From NCBI GenBank assembly GCA_034723395.1, contig JAYEOW010000040.1, forward strand, positions 782 through 64,781: DNA of 64,000 nt. Direction: 5' to 3'. This document shows, one piece after another, positions 34,273-44,467 of this stretch; position 1 is the first letter of the stretch; every line of letters starts with the position of its first letter. The DNA is from Candidatus Margulisiibacteriota bacterium (lineage in GTDB: Bacteria > Margulisbacteria > WOR-1 > O2-12-FULL-45-9). A program made the translations under genes and the position numbers. Under the pieces are notes generated by a model. The model saw only the letters and a list, made by a program, of their open reading frames with translations, did no database searches and was not told where the DNA came from.

Positions 34273-36020
34273 AAGGCCTGGCCGATAGAAAAGTGCATTA
34301 TTCCTTCGCCAAAGGCTTTGCCGCTAGGCACGCCCCAGTCCAAGCGGATCGGGCCGAGGGGGGTATTAATGCGGACCCCGGGTCCCCAGCCGGAGATAAA
34401 ATCTGCCGGAACGGGGGCTCCCTCATTCCATGCATTTCCCCAATCATAGAAAAATACTCCTTGGAAGAGTTCTGAGAAATTAAGCCGGTATTCGGCGTTA
34501 AAGATCAGTTTCCTGGTCCCGCGCCTCGCCTCAGAAGGATAATATCCTCGTACTGTATTTGCTCCCCCTGCCCAATACTCTTCGCCGATCGGCACATCGC
34601 CAAAGCCGATGCCGGAGCCAATGTGTGTCGCAAAGACCTGATTGGACTGCACGGGATAGTAGTGGTTGACATCGCCGCCGATCTTGAAGAAGGTGGTGGT
34701 CCCGCTGGAGTGTTTCCATCCCTGTTTTAGGGAGAGGGAATAGAACCGGCCCTTGGTCGGATTGAGCCAGAAATCGCGGGTATCGTAAGACAGGGTGAGC
34801 CCGACAGTGTCGGACTGGTACGATTCAAATGTGGAGCTTCCGTGGGGGGAGACGACTTCGCTCCCCAGAGACCAGGCGATCTTGTAATCATCATACAATG
34901 GTTTTCCAACCGACATATCCCAACCGTTGTAGCGAGCGTCTTGCTCGGTTAGATAAATATCCCTTCCAATTGTTAACCACCTTCTAAAGGTAAAAGAGGT
35001 GTGGTCGCCAAATCTTTCCGGCATGAGCCATGGATTGGTATATTTAAACTGGTAAGTCGATAGTTCCTGCCCGGATTGCCCGCGGATCATTATCCCCTGG
35101 CCGCTCCCCATTAGGTTGTTTAGTGAGAGGTCGATAAAGCCAAACCATCCCTCGGCCTCGCCGTAACCGCCGCCAAAATTTATGGTGCTGGTGCGGGTCT
35201 CTTTAATATCTAATACAATAACTACTTTATCTGTCGTGCTCCCGGCTTCAAATTTTGGGTTTACCTCGGAAAAGAATCCGAGATTAAATACACGGCGGAG
35301 ATCGTTTTTAAATTTTGTTTCGTTAAAAACCGTCCCCGGCTGGGTCTTTAGTTCACGGATAATTACGTAATCCTTGGTATTATCATTTCCCTCCAGCCCG
35401 ATCGATTCGACAATTCCTTCGATGATTTTGATGGTAAGTGTATTATTGATCTCATCAGTTTCCACATCGATCACGCGGGCCAGAATGTAGCCGTTATCCT
35501 TGTAGCGTGAGTTTATCTTGGCGATATCCTCCTGGAGGGTCTTAAAATTCAGGGTTTTGCCCGTTCTGCTTTTTATAAGCGAGAGAAGATCTTGGGAGGT
35601 ATAAACCGTGTTTCCATCGAAAACGATCTTTTCGATCTTTGGGTTTTCCTCAACGATAAAAGTCACAACCGTTCCGCCCGCTTCCGATTCGAAGGTGGCG
35701 GTTACATCTTTGAAAAATCCCAGGCCATAAACCGCTTTAATATCGCTTTGGACCTTTTTTTCGTAAAGGCTGTCACCGATCCGGCTGAAGATAACGTCCA
35801 TTATTTCCTGGTCCGGCACGTTCTGGTTCCCTTTAATATTTACCCCGGTAATGATGGGGGAAACCTCGACCGTATCGTCTTGCGCGAATGCTGAAAAACT
35901 AAAAAGAAGGAAAAACAATGCTAAGAAGATTGGAAGGAACCTGAGACTAAAAGTTTCGGTTCCTTTTCTTTTAAAACCGCGAATTTTATTCGCAGGCTTT
36001 AAGGATTTTAATATTTTCAT
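34269..36020 (-). CDS. Omp85 family outer membrane protein (BamA/TamA-like: POTRA repeats plus a 16-strand barrel)
   Basis: Signal peptide, several POTRA-like repeats (VEV.PII.GV.I.GN...) and a C-terminal barrel ending HFSIGQAF, 583 aa. Confidence 0.7.
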   Translation of the reverse strand: MKILKSLKPANKIRGFKRKGTETFSLRFLPIFLALFFLLFSFSAFAQDDTVEVSPIITGVNIKGNQNVPDQEIMDVIFSRIGDSLYEKKVQSDIKAVYGLGFFKDVTATFESEAGGTVVTFIVEENPKIEKIVFDGNTVYTSQDLLSLIKSRTGKTLNFKTLQEDIAKINSRYKDNGYILARVIDVETDEINNTLTIKIIEGIVESIGLEGNDNTKDYVIIRELKTQPGTVFNETKFKNDLRRVFNLGFFSEVNPKFEAGSTTDKVVIVLDIKETRTSTINFGGGYGEAEGWFGFIDLSLNNLMGSGQGIMIRGQSGQELSTYQFKYTNPWLMPERFGDHTSFTFRRWLTIGRDIYLTEQDARYNGWDMSVGKPLYDDYKIAWSLGSEVVSPHGSSTFESYQSDTVGLTLSYDTRDFWLNPTKGRFYSLSLKQGWKHSSGTTTFFKIGGDVNHYYPVQSNQVFATHIGSGIGFGDVPIGEEYWAGGANTVRGYYPSEARRGTRKLIFNAEYRLNFSELFQGVFFYDWGNAWNEGAPVPADFISGWGPGVRINTPLGPIRLDWGVPSGKAFGEGIMHFSIGQAF

Positions 36021-36037
36021 AAGTTACTACCCCTTTC

Positions 36038-39000
36038 TTACCAAAAAGAAAACCCTGCTTTAAGGGTTATTTTTTCATCTCCAGACATTAATTCATGAAT
36101 GTTGGCTGGTTCTCGATAGTATATTATAGACCAAATAGGGCTTAATTTATAGGTTAATTGGTAATTTAGATAGGTCTCTTCCCCTCCGGTTTCCTGGTTG
36201 AATTGAGAGTATTTAACGTCCAGGTAAAATTTGTCAAAGAAACCCTTAACGAAGCCGACTCTCCAATCAGGCTTTTCCCCTTCCAGGGCGCGGGATTCAG
36301 AAACCCCCATTGCCTGGCGGATATCCTTACCAAAATTGTATTCAAGGGTTAAGCTTTCGAGCCCAAAGCGTTGTTCAAGCTCCCGTTCTAAACTGCGGAA
36401 GATCAAGGTTTGGACACGACTGCTGATATAATCGGCGACAACAAGGTTGGTATCGACATCATCCCCGCCTTCTACCCCGGTCAATGATTTAATAAAATCA
36501 GGAAGGAGCATAACCTTGATCGCTTGCTCGCTATATCCGCCCGGTTTTAAGTCATTATTTTTATCTTCTACAAAGCTGTCTAATGAGATGGTGAGCGCGC
36601 GTTCTTTCTCGGCGGCGCCGATTACCCCATGCAGCCGGGAAATGACAATCACTTTATTTTTTGTTACATTTCCATCGGTGCCGGTCTCGCTTTCTTCTAC
36701 GTCGACTTTAGCAGTAATGATTATATCTGGCTTTACCCCTTCGCTTCCTTTCTCACCGCTAAAGAGGGCGCGGTTCTCTTTGACTTTATCGGGATTAAAT
36801 GTGTAATAGCTTTCTTGTTGTGCAACATTTAGCAGGGTGAATTCACGGTTAAAGATGTTTACCGTTCCCCTTTTGACCGCGATATTACCAAAAAGGGATG
36901 GATTGGTGGAGGTTCCAGTAATCAAGAGCCTATCACCGCTTATTTCCAGGTTCATGAATATATTGCTTAGGTCAAAGGTCGCGACATCACCCATCACCGC
37001 ATAGACATTTTTCCCGAGAGCCAGATCTAGATCATAAACGACCGGAAAGATCTTTTTGCCATTGCCGGGGCGCTTTGAGATATTAATGACCGCGTTGCTG
37101 GCGCTAGCCTTCCCTTTTAATGCGGGACCGGCGCTTAAATCGAAATAAAGCGGGCCATAGATTTGGGCTGCTTTGATGTCTACTATCCCGGTATAAAGTT
37201 GGGGCAGGTCCACATAAAAGGTGTAAGGGCTTAAGGCGATATTAAGCGAGACCATTTTTTCGTCGGAAAGGACCTTGCTGATATCGACCGATCCCGCGAG
37301 GCCGATGAAGTTTGGGTATCCTCTGGTCCGTTTTCCCTGCCAGTTGCCGGTTAGTGATGGAATTTGAACGATGCCGTCGACAATATTTGCTTTCCCGCTC
37401 ATGGCTTTAATTTCAGAATCGATCGCTTTTACATAAATCGTACTCTCTCTGCATTCTATATTACCGTTGATCCGGGGATGGGTGAGGGGGCCGGCCAGGG
37501 TAATGGACGCTTTTGCTTTTCCTTTGATCCAACGCACATCTTTGCTTACCAGGTTAAAGAGCCCGACCGCGTCATCGTTTAAATTTGCCGCCAGGTCGAG
37601 GCTGCCGGAAGATGAAAGATCAATTGTTCCAGCCAAGGATGAGTGTTTACCGTCCTCAGTCAGGGAAAATTCGTGGACCTTAACATGTCCATTGGTTTTG
37701 GTTACCGCAATCGAAGTCTTATCAAAATGAACCCCGGCGAAAGTAACATTGTCCCCTTTAACCGCGGCAGAAAATTGCGGATTATCGGCCGGTCCGATAA
37801 AAGAAGCTCGCATGTTAAAGGTCCCTTTATATCCCTGATCGAAGAGAATCTTTAGTATGTCCAGCGGCATGCGGGTTGCGGTCAATTCGAGATTAATATT
37901 TCCGTCTAAGCTAATGTTTCCGCTGGCATTTAGCCTCCCTAATTTTTTAGCGAGCTCAAGCTTTTCAATGTTTATCTGGTTATCTTTTAAAGAGGCTTTG
38001 GCATGTAATTTATCAAAGTTAAACTTCCTAAAATACCCCTTTTCCACATCCCCGTTAAACTTACCGGAGAGATTATTTATCTTTCCCTTTAGGGAGATGT
38101 CCCCGGATATCTCCCCGCCGTACTCTCCCTTGATCTTGACCGCTTCTTGTTTTTTGCTGGTTTTAGTTAATTTATCCCAGAGTTTGAGGAAGTAGTCCCG
38201 TTTCCCGTTGGCGGAATAGATATTTAGTTTCCCCTGGTGGACATATTCTTGCGGAGAAGGGATCTCCAGGGCCTTAAGATTTATTTTTGACTTGTTACCC
38301 ATTTCCGGGACGTATAATCGGCGCGATATTTCGCTGTTTATCTTGTCAACCAGCTCGAAAGCGTAAGCGAGGTCGGCCTGGATTATTTTTAATTTTAGAT
38401 CGAGAGAGCTTTCTTCCGGCTGGTCGGTATTAAGCGCGTTTAAATCGACCGACCCGGAAACGACAAACTCATTTTCTCCGCTGGAAAACCGGACCGGACA
38501 GCTCAGGTTAAGAATGTTGGAAGAATAAGAAACGCTCCCTTTAATCCGGTCAAAGTCGAGCTTATTCAGGCGGAAATCCTGCAGCCAGAAGGTGGCGGCA
38601 AATCCAGGATTATTAATGTTTCCTTCAGCGACCATGTTTATTCCAAGTTTTCCATCGAGCCGACCATATTTATTGGTAAATTTTTTAAATTCCGAAAAGC
38701 CGATCACGCCATTTAAGGACCCCTTTATCTGTTTATCTTTGCTACAGGTAAGATCAAACATGAAATCAGAATTTTTAGTTTTAAATATGCAATTTGGAAA
38801 ACTTAAATTGTGGTTTTCCCACTTAAATTTCAGCCGGCTCTCTTTGATCGATAGATCGGCCAGGTTGACGCCGGTTAAAACGATCTTTCCGTAGGCGTTC
38901 AAGTTTAAAAGCGGACCAAAGGAGATAAGCTGGGTTTCCTTAGAGAGTTCGCCGGTAACCTCAAAACTTATATCCCCAAAACCGGTTGGATCTTTTGCCT

Positions 39001-40942
39001 CCTTAGGGAGGAGTAAGTTCAGAATTTTAAGATCGTCAAGATCGATCTGGCTGCCGTGAACGGTCAAGCTGGTTGGATGGCCGATGCCGGTTTGTCCGGA
39101 AACCTTTAGCATTGATTGGTCCCTAATAAAAGATACATCTTCAACCTCAATTAACCCGTCACCGAGAGTTATTTTTCCCTGGGCGAGGTCAAATCTCTGT
39201 TCTCCGATTTCCCCATCGCTTAGCTTTATCGACCCGGAGGCATTAAGCCGTTTCAACGGCGCGGCCAGGAAGTTATCGTCAAGCTTAAAGTTTATATTAC
39301 CCTCGAAGGAATCGACGATAGCGGCCATGGGGCCTAATAATCCATTCCCCGAAAGCTCAATGCCGCTGGCGCTGGATTGAAAATTAAATTTCAGATCACG
39401 CGAAATAGTGCCGGTCGATTTAATTGAGGCGGTTTTTGAAGAGGCGGTAAAATGTTCAAGGACCACATCCCCATCTTTTATTACAAAAAGGGATGATAGT
39501 TTTTCAATCGGTTGGCCGAGGAACTGGGCCCCGGATAAGTTCGCTTCCAACTCTCCCTTTAACCGGTTTGCCGGCCCGTAGAGATTAACATTGCCGGAGG
39601 CTTTTCCGATAATTCCGGGAGAATTCTGCGATAAAGCGGCGAGATTGATCTGGCTTAGCTCTGTCCGGATAGATAGAGTGGGCATTAAGGTTGAAAAATC
39701 GACATTGCATTCCCCGGCTAATTCCCCCTTGTATAAATTCATATTTGGGATATCGACCTTTAAAAGTTTTTTGGCAAAGGATAATTTAGATGTCCCGGAA
39801 AAACTCTGGCCGTAGAATAACCCGTTTATTACAGTCGCTTTTCCTGACGCAATCGGAGATTGGGCTGTTCCCTGGAGCCGGACAGAGGCATTTGCCAGGC
39901 CGGATAGTTCTAGTTTGCTGGTTTGCGGGAATATGGATACAAGATTTTTTAGGTTTCCTTGAGCGAATGAAATGTTAAAATCGAGGTTTTGCTTTTTAAA
40001 GTCAGATAAACGGCCGTTTACCAGGACCTTGAGCCCGTTTATTTCGGCCCGGGCATCTTTTACCGATAAACTGTTATCTTTAAGGGTTAATCTGCCGCTG
40101 CTGTTTTCAAAGTTAAAGTCATAAAGTTTAGCTCCGGCGGAAAAGATAGAAAAATCGCCGCTTAATGAGACCGCCCTCCCTTTTATCCGGGGAGAGGAGA
40201 GTCTTAAGGTGAGATTAACCTTTCCCTTCTCAAATTTAACAATGTCTAAGGGGATAGTATAATTACCCCATTTTCTAAGATCCAGCCGGTTGGCGGAGAT
40301 TTTATAAGAGAAGGTCTCTTTTTTCAGGTTAACTGTCCCATTAATCCTTGCCAGTGCAGGGGAAGGTTTGCTGTCAATCTTTCCGCCGATATCTATTTTT
40401 ATCCTGTCTTTTTTACTGAAATCGACTTTTCCTTTTACCCCGGTGAGCTTTTCGTGAAAGGCGACAAAGTCTTTACGGAAGCCTTTGAAGTCGCGGTAAT
40501 CGATGCTGCAGTTTTTGAAGGTCAGTTTGGCGCGGAAGGGGGGTGGAGGGGGGTCTCCTGGCTTTCCCCGGGGGAGGATAGTTAAAACGTTCAGTTGCTC
40601 TTTGCGGTCCCGCCTGACCTTAAAGTCTCCATCTTCGATGGTGATCCTGGTGATTGCCGGAACGATATCTTTTTTATAGGCGAATTTGATCAGGCTGTAG
40701 TTTATATAAACTTTCTTGGCGGTTGCAAAATCGGGGATATTAACATCGTGGAAGATAACCTGACCTACAATCCTTCCATCGACATTGCCAACAGTAATTT
40801 TTCTGTTGAATTGTTCGCTAAGCGCCTTTACGGTTTCGGTGCGGATCTGATCGTAAATAGAGTCGCGCCATTCGCCGACCGAAAATGCGGAGGTGCATAC
40901 GGCTATGATCAGCAGGGAGATCAGGAGCAGGAATTTTTTCAT
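36038..40942 (-). CDS. TamB/AsmA-like giant periplasm-spanning protein
   Basis: 1634 aa with an N-terminal signal anchor, long repetitive beta-rich sequence, and a C-terminus typical of the DUF490 (TamB) family. It lies immediately upstream of the Omp85 gene. Confidence 0.45.
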   Translation of the reverse strand: MKKFLLLISLLIIAVCTSAFSVGEWRDSIYDQIRTETVKALSEQFNRKITVGNVDGRIVGQVIFHDVNIPDFATAKKVYINYSLIKFAYKKDIVPAITRITIEDGDFKVRRDRKEQLNVLTILPRGKPGDPPPPPFRAKLTFKNCSIDYRDFKGFRKDFVAFHEKLTGVKGKVDFSKKDRIKIDIGGKIDSKPSPALARINGTVNLKKETFSYKISANRLDLRKWGNYTIPLDIVKFEKGKVNLTLRLSSPRIKGRAVSLSGDFSIFSAGAKLYDFNFENSSGRLTLKDNSLSVKDARAEINGLKVLVNGRLSDFKKQNLDFNISFAQGNLKNLVSIFPQTSKLELSGLANASVRLQGTAQSPIASGKATVINGLFYGQSFSGTSKLSFAKKLLKVDIPNMNLYKGELAGECNVDFSTLMPTLSIRTELSQINLAALSQNSPGIIGKASGNVNLYGPANRLKGELEANLSGAQFLGQPIEKLSSLFVIKDGDVVLEHFTASSKTASIKSTGTISRDLKFNFQSSASGIELSGNGLLGPMAAIVDSFEGNINFKLDDNFLAAPLKRLNASGSIKLSDGEIGEQRFDLAQGKITLGDGLIEVEDVSFIRDQSMLKVSGQTGIGHPTSLTVHGSQIDLDDLKILNLLLPKEAKDPTGFGDISFEVTGELSKETQLISFGPLLNLNAYGKIVLTGVNLADLSIKESRLKFKWENHNLSFPNCIFKTKNSDFMFDLTCSKDKQIKGSLNGVIGFSEFKKFTNKYGRLDGKLGINMVAEGNINNPGFAATFWLQDFRLNKLDFDRIKGSVSYSSNILNLSCPVRFSSGENEFVVSGSVDLNALNTDQPEESSLDLKLKIIQADLAYAFELVDKINSEISRRLYVPEMGNKSKINLKALEIPSPQEYVHQGKLNIYSANGKRDYFLKLWDKLTKTSKKQEAVKIKGEYGGEISGDISLKGKINNLSGKFNGDVEKGYFRKFNFDKLHAKASLKDNQINIEKLELAKKLGRLNASGNISLDGNINLELTATRMPLDILKILFDQGYKGTFNMRASFIGPADNPQFSAAVKGDNVTFAGVHFDKTSIAVTKTNGHVKVHEFSLTEDGKHSSLAGTIDLSSSGSLDLAANLNDDAVGLFNLVSKDVRWIKGKAKASITLAGPLTHPRINGNIECRESTIYVKAIDSEIKAMSGKANIVDGIVQIPSLTGNWQGKRTRGYPNFIGLAGSVDISKVLSDEKMVSLNIALSPYTFYVDLPQLYTGIVDIKAAQIYGPLYFDLSAGPALKGKASASNAVINISKRPGNGKKIFPVVYDLDLALGKNVYAVMGDVATFDLSNIFMNLEISGDRLLITGTSTNPSLFGNIAVKRGTVNIFNREFTLLNVAQQESYYTFNPDKVKENRALFSGEKGSEGVKPDIIITAKVDVEESETGTDGNVTKNKVIVISRLHGVIGAAEKERALTISLDSFVEDKNNDLKPGGYSEQAIKVMLLPDFIKSLTGVEGGDDVDTNLVVADYISSRVQTLIFRSLERELEQRFGLESLTLEYNFGKDIRQAMGVSESRALEGEKPDWRVGFVKGFFDKFYLDVKYSQFNQETGGEETYLNYQLTYKLSPIWSIIYYREPANIHELMSGDEKITLKAGFSFW

Positions 40943-41286
40943 TAAAAGAGGACCCCGATAAGGATAGCAAGAGCCGGGCTGACAAAAAAGTCAAAAGCGA
41001 GCTCTGATTTGTAGAGTACCTTCTGGGCGGCGATCCCCGGTTCTTCGCTCTGGGTAATTCCGGAGACCGATTTCAATAGGTAAATCCGCAGTAAAAGCTT
41101 GGCCAGGATGATCAGCGGAATAAAAAACCAGAGGTTAATTGAACTTATAATTATGTAGGTAATACACAATCTTTCGAGCAGTCCATCCCAATCGAGATGG
41201 AATTTTATCTTCTCCTTTAAAAGAAAATTCTTTAAATAATGAAGGAGAATGGTCCCCCCAAAGGTTGAAATAAGCAGGGCTAGCAT
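40942..41286 (-). CDS. small polytopic membrane protein, unknown function
   Basis: 114 aa with three to four hydrophobic helices. Confidence 0.3.
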   Translation of the reverse strand: MLALLISTFGGTILLHYLKNFLLKEKIKFHLDWDGLLERLCITYIIISSINLWFFIPLIILAKLLLRIYLLKSVSGITQSEEPGIAAQKVLYKSELAFDFFVSPALAILIGVLF

Positions 41287-41445
41287 GTAATAAATATAGC
41301 GGAATTATAGAAAAAAAGCAACCCTGACGGACTTCCTGCCCAGGTGAAACAACCCCCTCTTTTTCTCCCCCTTATAAAGGGGGAGACATTAAGTTTACTT
41401 TCTTCCCCTTAATAAGGGGAACCTGCCTGCCGGCAGGCAGTATAC

Positions 41446-41480
41446 AAAAAAAGCAACCCTGACACGGGGGCCAGGGTTGC
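41446..41480 (-). terminator. rho-independent terminator for the lipoprotein gene (minus strand)
   Basis: The minus strand reads GCAACCCTGGCCCCCGTGTCAGGGTTGC followed by U7. Confidence 0.6.
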
Positions 41481-41496
41481 TTATATAAAACAGAAA

Positions 41497-42273
41497 CTAG
41501 AGTCCGGCAGCAACTACGGAGCCATCGGTTAGATCAACATTGTAGGTTCCACTTCCGCCGCTGGTAATTGTGAGAACGGCAACACTTGTCCCATCAAATA
41601 CCAATGTTCCGGCTGCGACAGTAGAGCCACTGGAACTAACGGACCAGCTTATATCGCCGGATGGATAACCGCTTGCGCCAACAGTAAGAGTTCCATAATC
41701 ATAGGTGATCGTGAAATCATCTCCACTGTAAGTGCTGGTGTATTGGATCGGCCCATCAATTGATTTAGTCGGCGAATAAGTAAAAGTCATCGGATCGGTC
41801 TTACTGGTTCCGAAGCTGATGGCATAGGATCCGCCCGAGAAGGTATATTCGATGGTGACGGCCATAATCATTTTTGTAACATCTGCAGATGTTAAACCGG
41901 CTAATCCTAAAATTGTTGTTACTTCACCATTCGTATCATATATTTTAAAGGCGAATGTTCGGGTATAGGTAAATCCGCCAGCCGAATAATTGTCGGAACC
42001 TTCAAACCAACCATCTGCGCTGCGGGACAGGGTGATCGCGCTAGCCATTGGCGGGGCAACTGCTGTAGAAAATCCTGATATCCCTGCAGCAGAACCGGCG
42101 GCGTTGTCTACCGTTAAACTGTTGCTGGCAGCAACTCCGACTCCGCCAGCAACTGTATCTGCCGGAATGGTTGTATCTCCACCAGATGAGCTGGTTGACG
42201 AACATCCAGAAATCAGCGCGATCCCTAATCCGAGCACCAATAAAAGACTAAGTAATTTTTTCATTGTTTTCAC
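41497..42273 (-). CDS. Ser/Thr/Gly-rich lipoprotein, unknown function
   Basis: Signal peptide with an LISGC lipobox, followed by a low-complexity S/T/G-rich sequence, 258 aa. Confidence 0.5.
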   Translation of the reverse strand: MKTMKKLLSLLLVLGLGIALISGCSSTSSSGGDTTIPADTVAGGVGVAASNSLTVDNAAGSAAGISGFSTAVAPPMASAITLSRSADGWFEGSDNYSAGGFTYTRTFAFKIYDTNGEVTTILGLAGLTSADVTKMIMAVTIEYTFSGGSYAISFGTSKTDPMTFTYSPTKSIDGPIQYTSTYSGDDFTITYDYGTLTVGASGYPSGDISWSVSSSGSTVAAGTLVFDGTSVAVLTITSGGSGTYNVDLTDGSVVAAGL

Positions 42274-42309
42274 CTCCCTGCCCCGAGCTTGTCGAGGGGC
42301 TTTTATTCA

Positions 42310-43413
42310 TTACATTGAAAATCCGAAATCAAAAATTGTCGAGTTGTTCTTTGGGGTTTCGCTATCAAGCATCAAGGCGACATTCAGGCCCCAAATTCCC
42401 GCACCATAGGTGGTCATTGAAATCGGGCTGCCCGATGGTCCTCCCGAAACCATACCTCCGCGAAGGACAATTAAACCGCCTGCGATTGGCATTTCTGCCC
42501 CGATATGAGTAACCGAATATGAAGTTCCGCTTCCAGAAACAGAGTCGAGGTCTGCGGCCAAGACCAGTCCGATAACCGGGATTTTTGTCCCAACACCTAT
42601 CGTTGTGGTGACCGGACTAGTGGTACCTACTCCTGCTGCAGAGGTTGTGGTTTGGGTTAAAATAGCGCCAGTTAAAGGATTGTAGGTTGTATTTTTGGTT
42701 GTTATGTCATTTTTTAGCGTCGACGATATATCGCGCATCACAATAGCAATTTTCGTCGGCCAACCTGCCTCCAGTCCAGCCCTGGCTCCTAGGTCAAAAG
42801 CAGTTCCAGTCCCTTTGGTAACCTGTTCTGTACTAGAACTCACTCCAGAGGCAGTACTTTGTGAACTAAATGAATTGATCGACTTAATATTTAAACCGAG
42901 ATCTAAGCTGCCGATTGGGAGTGCTGGAATTGCAAATCGATAACCTAAAGTTGCCGCAGCCTCGGTCCCAAACATAGCAGTTGCCGAGCTTCCAACCAGG
43001 GTATTAATGTCCGGTTTGGTAAGGTTTAATCTGCCAACCGAGATAACACTAACGCCTACCTTTTGGATCTTAACCCCCATCAGGGCGCTTAGAGATCCGT
43101 TCATATCAAAAGTCTGGGTAAAATATTGCGAAAGGAAATCTTCGGGTTTTTCGACTGAGTTGACGACCTGCATAATGTCGTTTAATCCGTCGGTGGCAGC
43201 GCCCATCCCCACCTTAAGTTCGCCCAGACTTCCACTGGCTATAGCCGCCGGATTGTAATAAACACACATGACATCGTCACAAAGGGCGGAACCGGCGCCT
43301 CCCATTGCTCCAAACTTTGCGCCAAAGCCATACGGCGCGTAGGCAGACTGGAAAGCGAGTGTTGAAGTGGAAACTAGTGCGAGGATTAGCGAGGCGAAAA
43401 TGATCTTTTTCAT
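42310..43413 (-). CDS. outer-membrane beta-barrel protein, possibly of the OmpP1/FadL/TodX family
   Basis: Signal peptide, a YYNPAAIA motif resembling the FadL NPA region, and a C-terminal aromatic residue, 367 aa. Confidence 0.4.
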   Translation of the reverse strand: MKKIIFASLILALVSTSTLAFQSAYAPYGFGAKFGAMGGAGSALCDDVMCVYYNPAAIASGSLGELKVGMGAATDGLNDIMQVVNSVEKPEDFLSQYFTQTFDMNGSLSALMGVKIQKVGVSVISVGRLNLTKPDINTLVGSSATAMFGTEAAATLGYRFAIPALPIGSLDLGLNIKSINSFSSQSTASGVSSSTEQVTKGTGTAFDLGARAGLEAGWPTKIAIVMRDISSTLKNDITTKNTTYNPLTGAILTQTTTSAAGVGTTSPVTTTIGVGTKIPVIGLVLAADLDSVSGSGTSYSVTHIGAEMPIAGGLIVLRGGMVSGGPSGSPISMTTYGAGIWGLNVALMLDSETPKNNSTIFDFGFSM

Positions 43414-43490
43414 AAATCTTCCCCTTTCTCCTTCTAGAAGTGGCCTAAATATAGCACAATTGCTTGAATTGTCAAGCTAATCGTGCTAAA

Positions 43491-44117
43491 ATGAAACTTA
43501 ATTTTATGGTCAAAAGAGCAAAAAAAAGGCATGGATTACTGGTTGTAGTCTCTGGTCCTTCCGGCGTAGGAAAATCCACCGTAGTTAAGAAACTCTTACG
43601 ACTAGATAAAAACCTTAAGGTATCGGTTTCTGCCACTACCCGTCCGCCGCGGCCCGGCGAAAGCGACGGCGAACATTATTTCTTTGTTAGCCGTGAGCAG
43701 TTTGATAAACGAGTAAAGCAGAATGATTTCCTTGAGTGGGCGACCGTTCATGGATTTCATTACGGAACGCCGCTAAGCTGGCTAAAAGGGGAGCTGGCTG
43801 CGGGGAAGACGATTGTTTGCGAGGTAGATGTTCAAGGAGCGGCTTCGATCAAAGAGACGGTCGAAGCAAACCGGGTCAATGCGTCCGCGGTTTTTGTCTT
43901 TGTGATCCCTCCTTCGGTCGATATTTTGGCTTTTAGGCTGAAGAAGAGAAAGACCGAGGATGAGGAGGTGGTAAACTATAGGCTGCGGGCGGCGATCGCC
44001 GAGCTGCAGGTTATGGAGAAATACGACTATATTGTCGTAAATGATAAGGTCGAGTCGGCGGCCGAAAAGATCCAGGCCATTATTAATGTTGAAAAAGAAA
44101 GGACGTTATTGAATTGA
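43491..44117 (+). CDS. gmk: guanylate kinase
   Basis: VVSGPSGVGKST P-loop and ATTRPPRPGE...HYFFVS motifs. The ATG at 43491 is preferred over the upstream TTG at 43464. Confidence 0.85.
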   Translation: MKLNFMVKRAKKRHGLLVVVSGPSGVGKSTVVKKLLRLDKNLKVSVSATTRPPRPGESDGEHYFFVSREQFDKRVKQNDFLEWATVHGFHYGTPLSWLKGELAAGKTIVCEVDVQGAASIKETVEANRVNASAVFVFVIPPSVDILAFRLKKRKTEDEEVVNYRLRAAIAELQVMEKYDYIVVNDKVESAAEKIQAIINVEKERTLLN

Positions 44118-44125
44118 AAGAAAAA

Positions 44126-44446
44126 ATGAAAGAACAAGAAATAAGTATCGATAATTTGTTGCCGAAGGCGGTAAATAAATTCCTGCTTTCAAATGCGGCG
44201 GCGGGGAGGGCGAAACAGATCGTTGACGGATCCCTTCCTTACGTGCACCATTTTGACCCAAATAATCCGGTAGTTACCGCGTTAAGAGAGATCGCGGCTG
44301 ATAAGGTCCGCATCCGGGTGCTCTCAGGGCCATCCAAGAAACCGCAAGAAATTTTAGCTAAAATTGATGAAGACGAAGCTCCTTCAGCGCTCGAAAGATT
44401 AGCCAGAGGGGTCAAGGTTAAAGAGAAGAAGCAAAAGAAGAAGTAA
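44126..44446 (+). CDS. rpoZ: DNA-directed RNA polymerase subunit omega (probable)
   Basis: Position directly after gmk. The N-terminal LLPKAVNKFLLSNAAAGRAKQI resembles the RpoZ core. About 106 aa. Confidence 0.55.
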   Translation: MKEQEISIDNLLPKAVNKFLLSNAAAGRAKQIVDGSLPYVHHFDPNNPVVTALREIAADKVRIRVLSGPSKKPQEILAKIDEDEAPSALERLARGVKVKEKKQKKK

Positions 44447-44467
44447 TATACACGGGATACCACGGAC

